Source: Octopus sinensis
Taxonomy: Eukaryota
Assembly (NCBI RefSeq): GCF_006345805.1
Contig: NC_043010.1
Location: 45,384,001 to 45,448,000, forward strand
Reading direction: 5' to 3'
Length of the DNA: 64,000 bases
The position numbers were made by a program, and so were the translations under genes. Numbering within the stretch: the first letter of the stretch is position 1; each line of letters begins with the position of its first letter. Positions 24,512-37,298 of this stretch are shown piece after piece. The notes under the pieces are model-generated. The model was not told where the DNA came from. It saw only the letters and a program-made list of their open reading frames with translations, and ran no database searches.

Positions 24512-25322
24512 AATTTTATACAAGATTCCAAATTCTGTGAATTCTAGTGTTGGTATGAGTTGTTGTAGATGTTGGTGAGTGCAGTGATTTCAGAAGCCCC
24601 CCACACACACACACCTAGAAATATACTTGTGACTTTGGCACTGAGACTTTTTAAAAGTTTTTCTTAATGACTTTTTTCCTGTGAAAGGGATAATCAATGG
24701 AAGGAAGAGGAAAAACTTGAGGTTTATTGTTATTTGATAGAAAGATGAAGTAAAAATTGTGCTTCAAGTGTATATTTTTTATTTCATGTTCATGCCTTCA
24801 TTGCATGGTTTTGAGTGGCTGATTCAGATAAAATGTCTAAGGATGTTTGCTTAGCCTTACAGTGTAAGTGTTATCTGAGTGTGTGTATGTAACATAGGTT
24901 GTTGATAATTAGCCCAACATTTTGTGGTTAATTTCGTGCTTTAGGGTGGATACAAATGATTGTCAGGTCTAACAAAGCATGATTAAAAAACTTTTTTTTT
25001 TGTTAGTTGATAATGAGTTTTATTTCAGTTGTCTGGTTTTGGTGTATTGTGTTGGTATTGTGGTATGTGTTTAATTTGTTAAGTATGTTCTGCTGTATTG
25101 ATGTTGAGGATTGGGATGTTGTTGAATTCCAAGAACATTTTTCCAGGAACATGTTCTGCAGTACTTTTTTTGAAGTTTGCATAAACGATGATAACTGGTA
25201 GGTAATCGAAAGAAAATTGAGGATTAGTTTGTCAGGTGGTTGTGCTAGCTTGGTATACGGAGTGATATCTATGGAGGAGTTATTGGATTTGGATTGGTTA
25301 AGTACGTGTTTGTGAGTATTGC

Positions 25323-25542
25323 TTACCCTTTTAGCATTTAAACTGGCCATATCCAGCCCAAATATTCTACCTGTTTTTGGTTGAAACTAACCAGATACAA
25401 CTTCTTACACTTGCCCTACAATGTTAGTTTAATAATAAACACATCTTCAACATCTCAAAGCTACACGATACTACATGATTAATTTTAAAAAATGAGAATA
25501 AACATTACCTTTGACAGTGTTATCTGAATGCTAATGGGTTAA
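25323..25542. mobile_element. piggyBac-type MITE, family 1
   Basis: Homologous to 1212-1439. Confidence 0.75.
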
Positions 25543-25596
25543 GATGTATGAAACTGTAAAAGTAGAGATGTAATGATATGTTACCTCTTGTTGCTT

Positions 25597-25940
25597 ATTA
25601 TTTCTTTATTGCCAACAAGGACAGACGAAGGGATTAAATCGATTACATCTACCCCAGTGCGTAACAGGTACTTTATTTATCGACCCCGAAAGGATGAAAG
25701 ACAAAGTCGACCTCGGTGGAATTTGAACTCAGAACATCAAGACAGACGAAATACCTATTTCTTTACTACCCACAAGGGGCTAAACACAGAGAGGACAGAC
25801 AAACGGATTAAGTCGATTATATCGACCCCGAAAGGATGAAAGGCAAAGTCGACCTTGGCGGAATTTGAACTCAGGACATAAAGACAGATGAAATGCCGCT
25901 AAGCATTTCGTCCGGCGTGCTAGCATTTCTGCCAGCTCTT
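25597..25940 (-). mobile_element. Two head-to-tail tRNA-derived SINE copies (family D)
   Basis: The segment cgaccccgaaaggatgaaag(a/g)caaagtcgacct...gaatttgaactcag occurs twice. Confidence 0.85.
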
Positions 25941-27190
25941 GTTGCTTCTACTCTTTGAATACTAGGAGGTGTTGTAAGCATTGAAATTCGTGGTGAGGGG
26001 TTGCTAGTAGAGTGATTGAAGATGGTGAGCACTAATCTAGTGGTGGAAATGCAGTTGCCTGGAATTCCATAGAAAAGAGATTTAGTCCCTGTCAGAGAGC
26101 TAGCTTTTCTGTATAAGTTTCATACTTATACTGGTCAATATTATTTATGCTTGCAAAGAGTGCTGTTTGGAGACAAGCTAGAACTTGATCATTCCCAACT
26201 GGGTCAAATCTACAATCCCAAGAACTTCACATGAGATGTATTTTGGAACTTAAGTAAATAATTTGGAATACATGGACAGCAACGTATTATTCAATATATC
26301 ACCATTAACTTGTTAATATAATCCTCTGCTTACAACACCCGAAATCAATGCAAGTGATCTTAAAAGAACAAGATCTTTTCTAAATTTTAAGACTAGGGTC
26401 ATCTTAATCTGTCAATTTCCTTCTGGGTCAGATAAAATATTCAGTTTTAATTTTTAGATAAAACAGAAAACTAAGAAACTCATTTGATTTTGTAACAAAA
26501 ATTTGTGTCAAGGAATTTAGGTTTTAAATAAGCTGCTTCGTAGATATGTATTAAATGATCTTTTTTATGTTCTTGGCTGACTTTAACAACTAATTTTCTG
26601 ATAAAGTTATTTCCCTTAGATTCGTACTCAGGAAGTAGCTTATAATTACTTCCCTTGCTTGTGTTATTGAAATGAAATAGAATTTGATGAAATGTGTTCA
26701 CCGATATTTTAGTATGTCCAAAGAGCCTTGATGGTTTTGCTTTAAAATGTATAACTTTCTGATTACAATACATTAATATTTATATTTTTAAAGTGACTAC
26801 AAATTTCAAACGTTCTTATTTTTGATCTGCGATATTAGCTTATGCTTGTATATATTCTTACACTCAATTAAATCGCAGCTTACAAGATATGCAAACATGA
26901 CATTTAAGCAATGTTTTATCATATTGAATAAATATATAAATGGATCCAAGGCTCACTTGTCCGAAAGTTGTTTCTTATTTTACGACCACACCGAAACGAC
27001 TGTGGAGCGAATTGTAAAAGGAAAACATACTGCTATAAAACATTTTTCTTAAAATTTTACATGTGTTTTTCTTACCACTTTGATAGGAATTCAAAGGCGT
27101 TCCATTCTTGACCACCTAGCCAATAGAACGTTAAATTCAGTTAATTATATGAAAGGAACTGATTTTATATAAATTGTGTATTCGTATGTC

Positions 27191-27550
27191 TACTCTTTTA
27201 CTTGTTTCAGTCATTTGACTGTGGCCATGCTGGAGCACCGCCTTTAGTCAAGCAAATCAACCCCAGGACTTATTCTTTGGAAGACTAGTACTTATTCTAT
27301 CTGTGTCTTTGCCAAACCGAACACACCAGCATCGGTTGGGGGAGGGGGGAACAATTACACAAACATATACACACACATATATATACATATATACGATGGG
27401 CTTCTTTCAGTTTCCGTCTACCAAATCCACTCACAAGGCTTTGGTTAGCCCAAGGCTATAATAGAAGACACTTCCCAAGGTGCCACGCAGTGGGACTGAA
27501 CCTGGAACCATGTGGTACGTAAGCAAGCTACTTACCACACAGCCACTCCA
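27191..27550 (-). mobile_element. tRNA-derived SINE (family A)
   Basis: Nearly complete match to 53797-54208. Confidence 0.9.
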
Positions 27551-27858
27551 AAGCTAGTCATTTGATTCGAAAAATTAGATCCTATAGACACGTGGCAGGT
27601 TATTTATTGCTCTGTGCCTATGTGTTCAGTCCTGGCAACCTACTGAAGAAGCAGTGCCAGGTATAGACTGAAATTGTTTTATTTAAGTCTGCAGAAACCT
27701 TGCAGGGTCTAGGATTAAGGTAAAAGCTTTTATTTTCCAATCACTTTTGGAATTACAACAATTGATGGCTTGGAGTTTTAATTGCTCTTTCTAGCGAGTC
27801 AGATATCCTATTCTTCGGGTATCTCTTTTGTGTTTGAACATACACTGTAGTCTTCTTT

Positions 27859-27896
<38 letters not shown>

Positions 27897-27899
27897 TTT

Positions 27900-28181
27900 G
27901 GCGCAATGGCCCAGTGGTTAGGGCTGCGGACTCGCAGTTTTGATTCCCCGACCGGGCATTGTGTTTATTGAGTGAAAACACCTAAAGCTCCACGCGGCTC
28001 TGGCAGGAGGTAGTGGCGATCCCTGCTGTACTCTTTTGCTACATCTTTCTCTCACTCTTTCTTCTGTTGGCCTGCTCGCTTAGCCAGCGGGGTGGTGTCA
28101 TTTGAAGGCTAAAAACAATGCGAAGCACATTGTGACCAGCGATGTGTAGCAACATCTGATAGCCTGGTCGGTCACGGTGAT
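27900..28181 (+). mobile_element. tRNA-derived SINE (family B)
   Basis: Head ggcgcaatggcccagtggttagggctgcggactcg. Confidence 0.85.
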
Positions 28182-28436
28182 ATATATATGTATATATATA
28201 TATATATAAGCTTCTGTCAGTTTCTGACTACCAGATCCACTCACAAGGCTTTGGTCTACATGAGGCTATAGTAGAAGGCAGTGACCCAAGGTGCTATGCA
28301 GTGGAAATGAACTCAGAACCTGTGCCTATTAGCATTTTACACATTGAAGAGAGAGTAGCAAATTTCAATGTTTTGGGCATCTTTGTCATGATGAAAGAGA
28401 CAAAAATACAAGAATTAGAAAACATTATTTGACATA

Positions 28437-28793
28437 TAGGCGTAGGACCACATGGTTCCGGGTTCAGTCCCAAGGCATGGCACCTTGGGCAAGTGTCTTC
28501 TACTATAGCCTCGGGCCAACCAAAGCCTTGTGAATGGATTTGGTAGGTGGAAACTGAAAGAAGCCCGTCGTGTATACGTATATGTATATATGTGTGTGTG
28601 TGTTTGTGCTTGTCCCCCCCAACATCGCTTGACAACCGGTGATGATGTGTTTACGTCCCCATAACTTAGTGGCTCAGCAAAAGAGACCGATAGAATAAGT
28701 CTTATAAAGAATAAGTCCTGGAGTTGATTTACTCGACTAAAGGCGGTGCTCCAGCATGACCACAGTCAAATGACTGAAACAAGTAAAAAAGAG
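28437..28793 (+). mobile_element. tRNA-derived SINE (family A)
   Basis: Family A body and tail ...gcggtgctccagcatgaccacagtcaaatgactgaaacaagtaaaa. Confidence 0.9.
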
Positions 28794-29370
28794 ATATGTT
28801 GTTGAATGCATATAGTTTACAAAGAGAAAAAAAGGAATATCTTTGTACTTTGTACTTCTGTTTTATTGATGTTGTTCTTTTAATTCTAATAGGAAAGGCA
28901 ATGAGCTGTCAGATTCTTTCTGCACCAGGCAAAATGCTTCACAGCCTTTCTTCTGGCTTTATGCTTTGAGTTCAAATTTTGCCAAGGCTGACTTTTCGTC
29001 TATTCAAGGTTAGTAAAGTACCAACCAAGTACTGAAGTTGGTGAAATCGGCTAGTCCTTGTCTCACAAAAAAAAAAGATTCAGAGTAAAAGAGAGAGAGT
29101 ACTTTTGCTTATTGTAGAAAGAATATTGTCTGTCCTGATTTTATTTTTACTGATGCTGACTAAAACCTGGATTCCTAAGGTTCTGGGTTAAATATCCATC
29201 AATGCTACATGGAGTACATTGCTTAGTTAAGCCCTTCACATATGCTGTCAATGACTTTTCTTCGCCCTGATCTGTCTTTTCAGCTACTCTACAAATGGAT
29301 CCAGTACATCCTTCTACTTTGGGTACATACCCAACATTATACTGGAATTGAAATTTAAAAAATATCCGAA

Positions 29371-29770
29371 GTAGGCATGGTTGTGTGGCAAGAAGCTTGC
29401 TTCTAGACCACATGGTTCTAGGTTCATTCCCACTGCATGACACTTTGGACAGGTGTCTTCTATTATAGCCTCAAGTCAACCTAAGCCTTTTGAGTGGATT
29501 TGGGAGACAGAAACTGAAAGAAGCCCATCATATTTATATATATTTATGCATGTGTGTCTTTGTGCCCATGTTTGTCCCCCACCACTGCTTGACAACCAGT
29601 GTTTGTGTGTTTACATTCTCATAGCTTAGCAGTTCAGCTGAGACCAATAGAATAAGTACTAGGCTTTAAAAAGTGGTACTGGGGTTGATTCCTTTAATTC
29701 AAAATTCTTCAAGGTAGTGCCCCAGCATGGCCACAGTCTACTAATTGAAACAAAAAAAAAGATAAAAAGT
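29371..29770 (+). mobile_element. tRNA-derived SINE (family A)
   Basis: Family A head and tail motifs. Confidence 0.85.
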
Positions 29771-31145
29771 AAGATAAACCCTCTGGTTTTCAAAAGTAAG
29801 CAAAATGAAATGCTCCAGTGACGACTTTCTAAAATGCATTTTGTACTGATGGATCCTAAGATAATGCATTGTATCAGATAAAATACCCTCAACCAGCTAT
29901 CTTTCAAATAACTACTTAATTTCTACAGGTAAAGCAAAGCAATATTTTATATCCTCTTATTCACTCCCTTACCCTTAGGTAATTCCTTTTTTTCACTACT
30001 TTTATCACATCTTTTAGGGAACATGCACATAAATTTTATTGGTGAATAATACAGCGACCCTCTGCTTAGGTACTAGAATCCAGTTGACCGTTTGGCAATG
30101 TTTTCTTGATTAAAGCAATAATCCTTTCCGAAATCCTTCCATAGATACCATACCATCCATACTACACCATTAAGTTTTTCATAAGGAAAATTTTAATCAC
30201 TTAATGGGCACAAGTCTTTGATCTTGGTGAACCACTTAATTATATAAAGACCAACTATGGGTAGTTCCCAAGCATGAATTTCAAAGCAAGTTAATCATGT
30301 GCATAAAGTTTTACTGTTATCCTATCAATAAATATATTCCACTTACTACATTTATTATATACTAGCACTATGACCCAGCAACGCCAGGTCATAGTGCTAG
30401 TGCATGCATGTACAGCTGTGTGCGTATGCACATACATGCGAGTACTGTACAAATCTCCGACCAGTCACATACAGCTAGCTGGCATTCAATTGGTGTATCA
30501 AGTTTCAGGCATTTTGATTGGGTTTTGGATAGAAAATTCACAAAAAAGTGTGAATGGCTTTGTTGGGTGACTGGGGAAATGTAAAGATGTGCATGACCAC
30601 CCTTGGATGGTTTTGAATGACCATAGAAAGTGTGAGCCCTCTAACTGAAAAATTGTGGATTTGTATAAAGGATACACACACAAACAGACATTTTGCTGTT
30701 TATATATATAGAGATGTTGTGACAACCTATACACTGCTATTGAATAAAACACAAATTCTGATTCTGCTTGTTTCAAGGACATTTGGCTGTCATTAGCAAT
30801 CAGAAACTGTTTCTCTGAGAAACTAATATTCTCAATCTGTCATTTGCTGAAATTAAAATTTGTTCAATAGCAACTGCACACCACTCTTAAACAAACCTGT
30901 CTTTATTGTGTGGTTTCACTGTTTCAGCAATTAGTTCACATACTTTATAGCTTACTTGCATTCTGGAAGAATTTTCATTAACATGTTTTTTTGAAAAGAG
31001 AATGCTGTTTGCATAAATATTTAAAGAATACTGTCTTGCCTAAAATGCAGAGACCCTTTCAGTTTTCCATAGTCCATATGCTTGATCTCATTTTGGTATT
31101 TGAGATTCCATTTTTTTCACAGGTTGCAATCAATATAATACACAG

Positions 31146-31762
31146 AGCCATGTAGCTAAGGAATTAGATTGTTGGACTCATGATTGTAAAATTGTGGTTT
31201 TGATTCCTGGACCAAGCAACACATGTTCTTGAGTAAAACACTTCATTTCATGTTGCTCCAATCCACTCAGCTGATGAAAATAAGTAACCCTGCGATGGAC
31301 TGATGTCCAATCCAGGAGGAAATATATGCACCACGGAAACTAGGAAACCAGCCCTGTTAGTCTATATAACTCTGGAAGTATCTTTATCTTTTATCTGCTT
31401 CAGTCATTAGACTGCAGCCATACCAGAGCACTGCCTTGAAGAATTTTTAATCAAATGAATCAGCCCTGGTACTTACTTTTTGTTAAGCCTGGTACTTATT
31501 CTATCAGTTCCTTTTTTCCAAACTGCTAAACACACCAACACCAGTTGTCAAGCAGTGATGGTGGACAAATACAGACACAAAGACACAAGACACACACACA
31601 CACACACACATATTTATTTACAACAGGCTTTCAGTTCCACTCACAAGGTTTTGGTTGACCCAAGGCTAGAGAAGAAGACATTTGCCCAAGGTGCCACACA
31701 GTGGAACTGAATCCAGAACTATGTGGTTGGGAAGCAAGCTTCTTATTACACAGTCATGTCTG
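31146..31762. mobile_element. Adjacent SINEs: family B-like (+, 31146-31375) and family A (-, 31380-31762)
   Basis: Motif matches to other copies in the window. Confidence 0.8.
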
Positions 31763-31780
31763 TGCTTATTTTTTTTTAAG

Positions 31781-32272
31781 ACCTGTTGGGGCAAGTGAAA
31801 TCGAAATTGAACCAAATTCGATGACTGGCACCCGTGCCAGTGGAGCGCTAACAGCTCCATCTGAGTGGGATCACTGCCAGAGCAGCTGTCTGGCTTCTGT
31901 GCTGGTGGTACAATAAAAAGCACCATTTGAGCGTGATCATTACCAGCGTCGCCTTACTGGCACATGAACAAAACATTCGAGTGAGGTCATTGCTAGTGCC
32001 ACTGGACTGACTCCTGCGCAGATGGCACATAAAAAACACCATTTCGAGCGTGGCCGTTGCCAGTACCACCAGACTGGCCCTGTGCCGGTGACATGTAAAA
32101 GCACCCACTACACTCTCGGAGTGGTTGACATTAGGAAGGGCAACCAGCAGTAGAAACCCTGCCAGATCAGATTGGAGCCTAGCGCAGCCATCTGGTTCGC
32201 CAGTCCTCAGTCAAGTCGTCCAACCCATGCTAGCATGGAAAACGGACGTTAAATGATGATGATGATGATGAT
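31781..32272 (+). mobile_element. RTE-tailed SINE with internal subrepeats
   Basis: Repeated gcacat(a)aaaagcaccattt...gagcgtg units followed by the canonical (GAT)n tail. Confidence 0.9.
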
Positions 32273-32688
32273 ACTTTTTTATAAATAAAATACTCACACT
32301 TAACATCTACTTGCAGGAAAAAGATAATCATGTTTTCATTATGCAGCAACAAAGAATTTTCTGCTGCAACTCTTTTCTTTTCTTAGTATGAGCCATAGCA
32401 GAAAGAATAATTTTTATGTTCTTTACAATATGAATATAAAATCTTTAATAGAAATAAGCAAATGAAGCATGAATATTGCCAGAATTCAAGATTATCTCAC
32501 TTAAATTGTAATAACATAAGTGACAACCTATTGACACAAAACATATATTCTTTCTGACAATTCATCACCAATAACAATATAGAATAATGCAATATATATG
32601 CATAGCTACGGGGAAGTAGGAAACAATTGCTAAATGATAATTTACAGTAATATGACTTTGATAACTCAAATCATATATATATATATAT

Positions 32689-33000
32689 ATACAAAATCAG
32701 AAAATGGAGAAATACATCTAAATCATTAATCAACTACCAGATAATACCACTACATGTAGTGGTTCAATAAAGTATGTGATTGGGTATTATCTGGTAGTTG
32801 ATTAATGATTTAGATGTATTTCTCCATTTTCTGATTTTGTATTATTAATTTTACCTTTGCCCATGTAATACAGTAAATGAATTAATTGCATCGCAATTCT
32901 TAACATTTATGTATTAACTTTGTTGGGTACTTCACTAGCAGTATATTGGCTATATGTTATCCCATGGAGGGTTGAATTTGCAACCCCTATCTCAATTTAT
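32689..33000 (-). repeat. (TA)n-embedded hairpin-bearing repeat, copy 2
   Basis: Perfect 60 bp inverted repeat (32689-32748 / 32783-32842), plus a segment homologous to 1868-2030 in reverse. (TA)n lies on both sides. Confidence 0.85.
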
Positions 33001-33174
33001 ATATATATATATATATTCAGACTTGTGATTAATATTGGTTTCAAATTTTGGCACAAGGCCAGCAAGTTCAGGGGAGGAGATAAGATGATTACACTAACCC
33101 CAGTGCTCAACTTGTACTTATTTTAATACAGTTCTATATTTAAGAGGTGAGGGATTATGTACATTATTTACACT

Positions 33175-33520
33175 TGGTTAAGGGCGTGGATGTTTAGCCC
33201 CAAGATTCCGAGTTCGATTCCAGGCAGTGACCTGAATAATAATACTCCAGAAGGTGCTCGAAAAATAAGAGGTGTTACTTTAGTTCACTGGTAGTGAACA
33301 GCTGACACTGTAGTACATCTCCAGTGTTAGAAGCTGTGTAAAGGCAATAATAATAATAATAGTAATAATAACATCAAAAAATACCTTAGGAATGAAAACC
33401 CAGGTTTGGAATTTCCCCCAAGACACCTGATAAAGGCTGGAGGGTACATCAGCCGAAACGTTGTATTAACAACAAACAAGATGAGGACAAATATTCGTCA
33501 AATGTAAATAATGTAAATAT
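33175..33520 (+). mobile_element. tRNA-headed short element carrying a degenerate minimal hammerhead ribozyme (33421-33467)
   Basis: In order: an A-box remnant tggttaag, a B box gttcgattc (33212-33220), an (AAT)n linker, then agacac-CTGATAA-A-GGCTG-gagggtacat-CAGCC-GAAA-CG-TT-gtatt. Confidence 0.7.
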
Positions 33521-34231
33521 TCTAATTATTTTATCGACATCAAAAGAATTTGGACTGAGAATGTAAGAACGAACAAAATGCCGCTAGGTATTCTACCTGG
33601 CATGTTAATGGTTCTATCAGCTTGCAAAATAAATATTTCAGCCACAGAAATTTGCTTATGCCTTCAAGGGTGTTGAAAGCATTAATGTTTTGACTTTGAG
33701 GTTTTGCAAACATTTCATCAGGGGCATTTCAAATTTAAATACTGGTGAAAATTAACTTGCAGACAAGAAGTTCCCCATACCTACTCTAAGTATTAGACTG
33801 ACAGCTAAAAATAGAAGCCAAATATTCCTCAAACTCACCATACCTTCTCATAAAAACAAAGTATATAGTGGACAATATAGTTGTAGATGGAAAATTAGGA
33901 TGGATATCTCATGACCTGAATACCTTTGATTAAACATCCACTCAATTAAAGCTAACTTGGTGATAAACAGCAACACCAATTCTTTGTTGATGAAAACTAT
34001 CAATTCATATTTGGCTCTTTTCCATGCAAAAATAGTTCCAAGTTTTCTCAAAAGCAAGTTTATGTAACAAAACCTAAATTTCTGACACTTAATATCAGTT
34101 TTAAAATATTTGCCAATTTTGAACACCTCTCCCTGGCCCATACATATTGGTTTCAAATTTTGGAATGAGCCCGGCAATTTTGGGCTTTTTGTGGGACCAG
34201 TTCTTAATGCATATAATATGTATGAGCCAAA

Positions 34232-34444
34232 GAAGGCAGCAAGCTGGCAGAATCATTACCATGCCAGGCAAAATGTTTAGCGGCATTTCATTCATCTTTA
34301 TGTTCTAAGTTCAAATTCAGTTGAGGTCAACTTTGTTGTTCATCCTTTCAGGGTCTATAAAATAAGTACCAGTTGAACACTGGGGTCGATGTAGTCAATT
34401 TATTTCCTCCCCCAAAATTGCTGGACTTTTCCAAAATTTGAAAC

Positions 34445-34480
<36 letters not shown>

Positions 34481-34503
34481 CATTATTATCATTATTGTTG
34501 TTG
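34232..34503 (+). mobile_element. tRNA-derived SINE (family D) with (ATT)n(GTT)n tail
   Basis: Head aaggcagcaagctggcagaatc and B-box-like agttcaaattc. Confidence 0.85.
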
Positions 34504-34728
34504 TTGTTAAGATTATATAGGTCTGAGGTAACTCCTCCAGAAGTTATACAGAAATAAAAAATAGAAGAGTGCCATAGTAATCATGTGAAATTGGTTGAAC
34601 AATATTTTGGCATCTAGCATGCCTTCCACAGGTTCAAACATTACATGTCAGTCTACTTCATTCTTTGTTAAGATTATATAGGACTGAAGTAACTCCTCCA
34701 GAAGTTATACACAAATAAGAAATAGAAG

Positions 34729-34908
34729 AGTGCCAGTGGCATGTAAAAAGCATCATCCGAACAAGGTCGTTGCCAGCCCCGTCGCCTCAACTGGCTCCTG
34801 TGCCAGTGGCACATAAAAAGCACCATCTGATCGTGGTTAATGCCAGCCCCCTCTGGCCTGTTCAACCCATACCAGCATGGAAAAAGGACTTTAAACGATG
34901 ATGATGAT
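34729..34908 (+). mobile_element. RTE-tailed SINE fragment
   Basis: Tail motif cagcatggaaaaaggactttaaacgatgatgat. Confidence 0.8.
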
Positions 34909-35299
34909 ACATACATATACATATATATATATATATATATATTGATATATGCATGATGGACTTCTTTATAGTTTCTGTCCACCAAATCCTGATTCCAAGG
35001 CTTTGGTAAGCTTCTTACCACACACACACATGCCAGTATATATATATTTGCTTATTTATTTTTGATTACAATTTCTGACTAATAAAGTTACTGGTTGCAG
35101 TTACCCAACTGAACAGTCAAACTGGTTCACTACATTTCCAATGACATGAGTGTCAAAAAAAATCTGTTGAATTTGATGCGCAATAAATATTTCAAGGGGC
35201 TTTGTTCATAAAGAATTGACTTCAAAAATAGCCTGTACATATTGAAATATTAATGAAGGAGCCTTGGATCTAGGTTTGTTAAAATATTTACTTCCAGTT

Positions 35300-36938
35300 T
35301 TCTAGCATCAGTGACGTCTATATCTCTCTATATCTCTCTATCCATCTATATCTCTATATCTATTTGTCAATATCTTATCTATCTATCAATATCTTGTTAG
35401 TCTAACTAGCTAGCTCTCTCTCTCAAACTCACTCTCTTATTGTTTTCACTTTCATTTTTGAAACACTATTGTTTTCACTTTAAGTTCAATCGCTATTGTT
35501 TTCACTATAAGTTTCGATTGCTATTTACAAACAACAACGACAAATTACTGACAGAAAGAAGTTCACAATTACTGATGAAAGTAATTTCATACATAATTTA
35601 CTGACAGAAGTAACTTCATAAATTTCAGTTCAATCCGTACACTTCATTAAATTTAACTACACATTTCTTATTTACTTTTGCAATGTTTTGTGGGGTTTTT
35701 TTTTTTGTTGTTGTCGACAGAATTACTGATAAAAGTAAGTTCATAATTTACTGACAGAAGTAACTTCAAAAATTTCCCTTAAATCCTTAAACTTTGTTAA
35801 TTTCGCTAAAAATTTCTTATTTACTTTTGCAACGGTTTTGTGTTTTTCTGTTGTTAATAGCTTTTTTCTGGTTCCTTCAACACTGGCTCTTTGATTCACT
35901 GACAAATTTCACTTCAAACTGAACAATTCTCTATTTTCCGTAAAAATGTCTTATTTACTTTCTGCCCATCATATTAAGAAAAATAATTTCCGTTACCCAA
36001 TTATTTTCATTGTTTACTATCTTCTACGCCCATGTATTTCTGTATACATATATAACAATGCCTAGAAGGAAAGTGTCAAATTTGTCTACAATGTCAAGAT
36101 AAGCCAAAAGAATGTCTCTGTCCAGAGAAAGAGAGACAGCTGCAGAAAGGGAAGCATACTAAGAAACGAAAGATTGTGCACTACAAAAAGCCAGAGCATC
36201 TCAGAGTGATGAACAGAGGTATGCATGGCTGACAAGAAATAGGATCTCCACTGCAGAATGAAAAGCAGTTGCAACAGCTCAGAGAAACAACTTTGAATTA
36301 TGATCCAGCAGTTCATTATGCAGATGACACTAGAGTTTCCATTAGTGCAATGACAACTGAGTGCATACATTGTAAAGCAAAGAAGTGGCCTGGAGAGACA
36401 CCTGCACAGTGCTGCAGTGGTGGAAAGGTTAAACTCCCTGCAATCTGCCAACCTCCAGAGCCATTGAAGAAACTGTTGTCATCAACTAACCAAGATTCCA
36501 AGCATTTCCAAAACAAAATTAGACAATACAATACTGCACTATAGATGACATCATTTGGAGTCACAAGAGATTTAACTGAACCAGGATTTATGCAAACTTT
36601 CAAGATCCAAGGTCAGATTTATCATGGGATTGGCTCTCTATGACCTCTTTTAAATGAATCACCAAAATCAGCCTTCATTGTTTGTAATCTATACCGCTTT
36701 CTTGGTTATAAAATAAGCTACATAAAATGTGTTTTTACTTTATATATATATATGAGTTGAAAACTTCCTTTTAAGATTTCACTTAACGTCTATATTCCAT
36801 ACTGGCATTGGTTGCAGAGTTATTAATGTAGAAAGTTGGTATCTCAGCTACTAGCAGTTGAGATCTGCGTAACCTAGAGGATGTTTTAAAATTTCATTCT
36901 TCTCTTAAACCCAGGCAATGCCGGATATTTCTGCTACT
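35300..36938 (+). mobile_element. Helitron remnant (Rep N-terminal fragment plus 3' hairpin end)
   Basis: Reads CIHCKAKKWPGETPAQCCSGGKVKLP...FQNKIRQYNTAL*MTSFG...FKIQGQIYHGIGSL (about 36270-36640), typical of Helitron Rep. The 3' end is cccaggcaatgccgg followed by tatttctgctac, a decayed hairpin plus CTAG. Internal tandem duplications lie at 35440-35525 and 35545-35845. Confidence 0.85.
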
Positions 36939-37019
36939 ATATATATATATATTAATAGTTATCGCCAAGCTAACATGGCAATCCAGAAAAATAAGATGAA
37001 TGCTGCCGTTGATTAGCTC

Positions 37020-37298
37020 CAAGAGGCCATTGGTGTCTTTTACCAAACCGCTAAGTTATGAGGATGTAAACACACCAGCATCGGTTGTCAAGCGATGTTG
37101 GTGGGGGGAGGGGACAAACACAGACACACACATATATATATATATATACGATGGGCTTCTTTCAGTTTCCGTCTACCAAATCCACTCACAAGGCATTGGT
37201 CAGCCTGAGGTTATAGTAGAAGACACTTGCGCAAGGTGCCACGCAGTGGGACTGAACCCGGAACAATGTGGTTGGCAAGCAAGCTACTTACCACACAA
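37020..37298 (-). mobile_element. tRNA-derived SINE (family A)
   Basis: Match to the family A body and head. Confidence 0.85.

Noticed and set aside
24520-26070. G/T-rich segments (24990-25325, 25940-26070) as an identifiable retroelement ORF
   Set aside because: The composition resembles a decayed minus-strand retroelement N-terminus, but no diagnostic motif could be confirmed.
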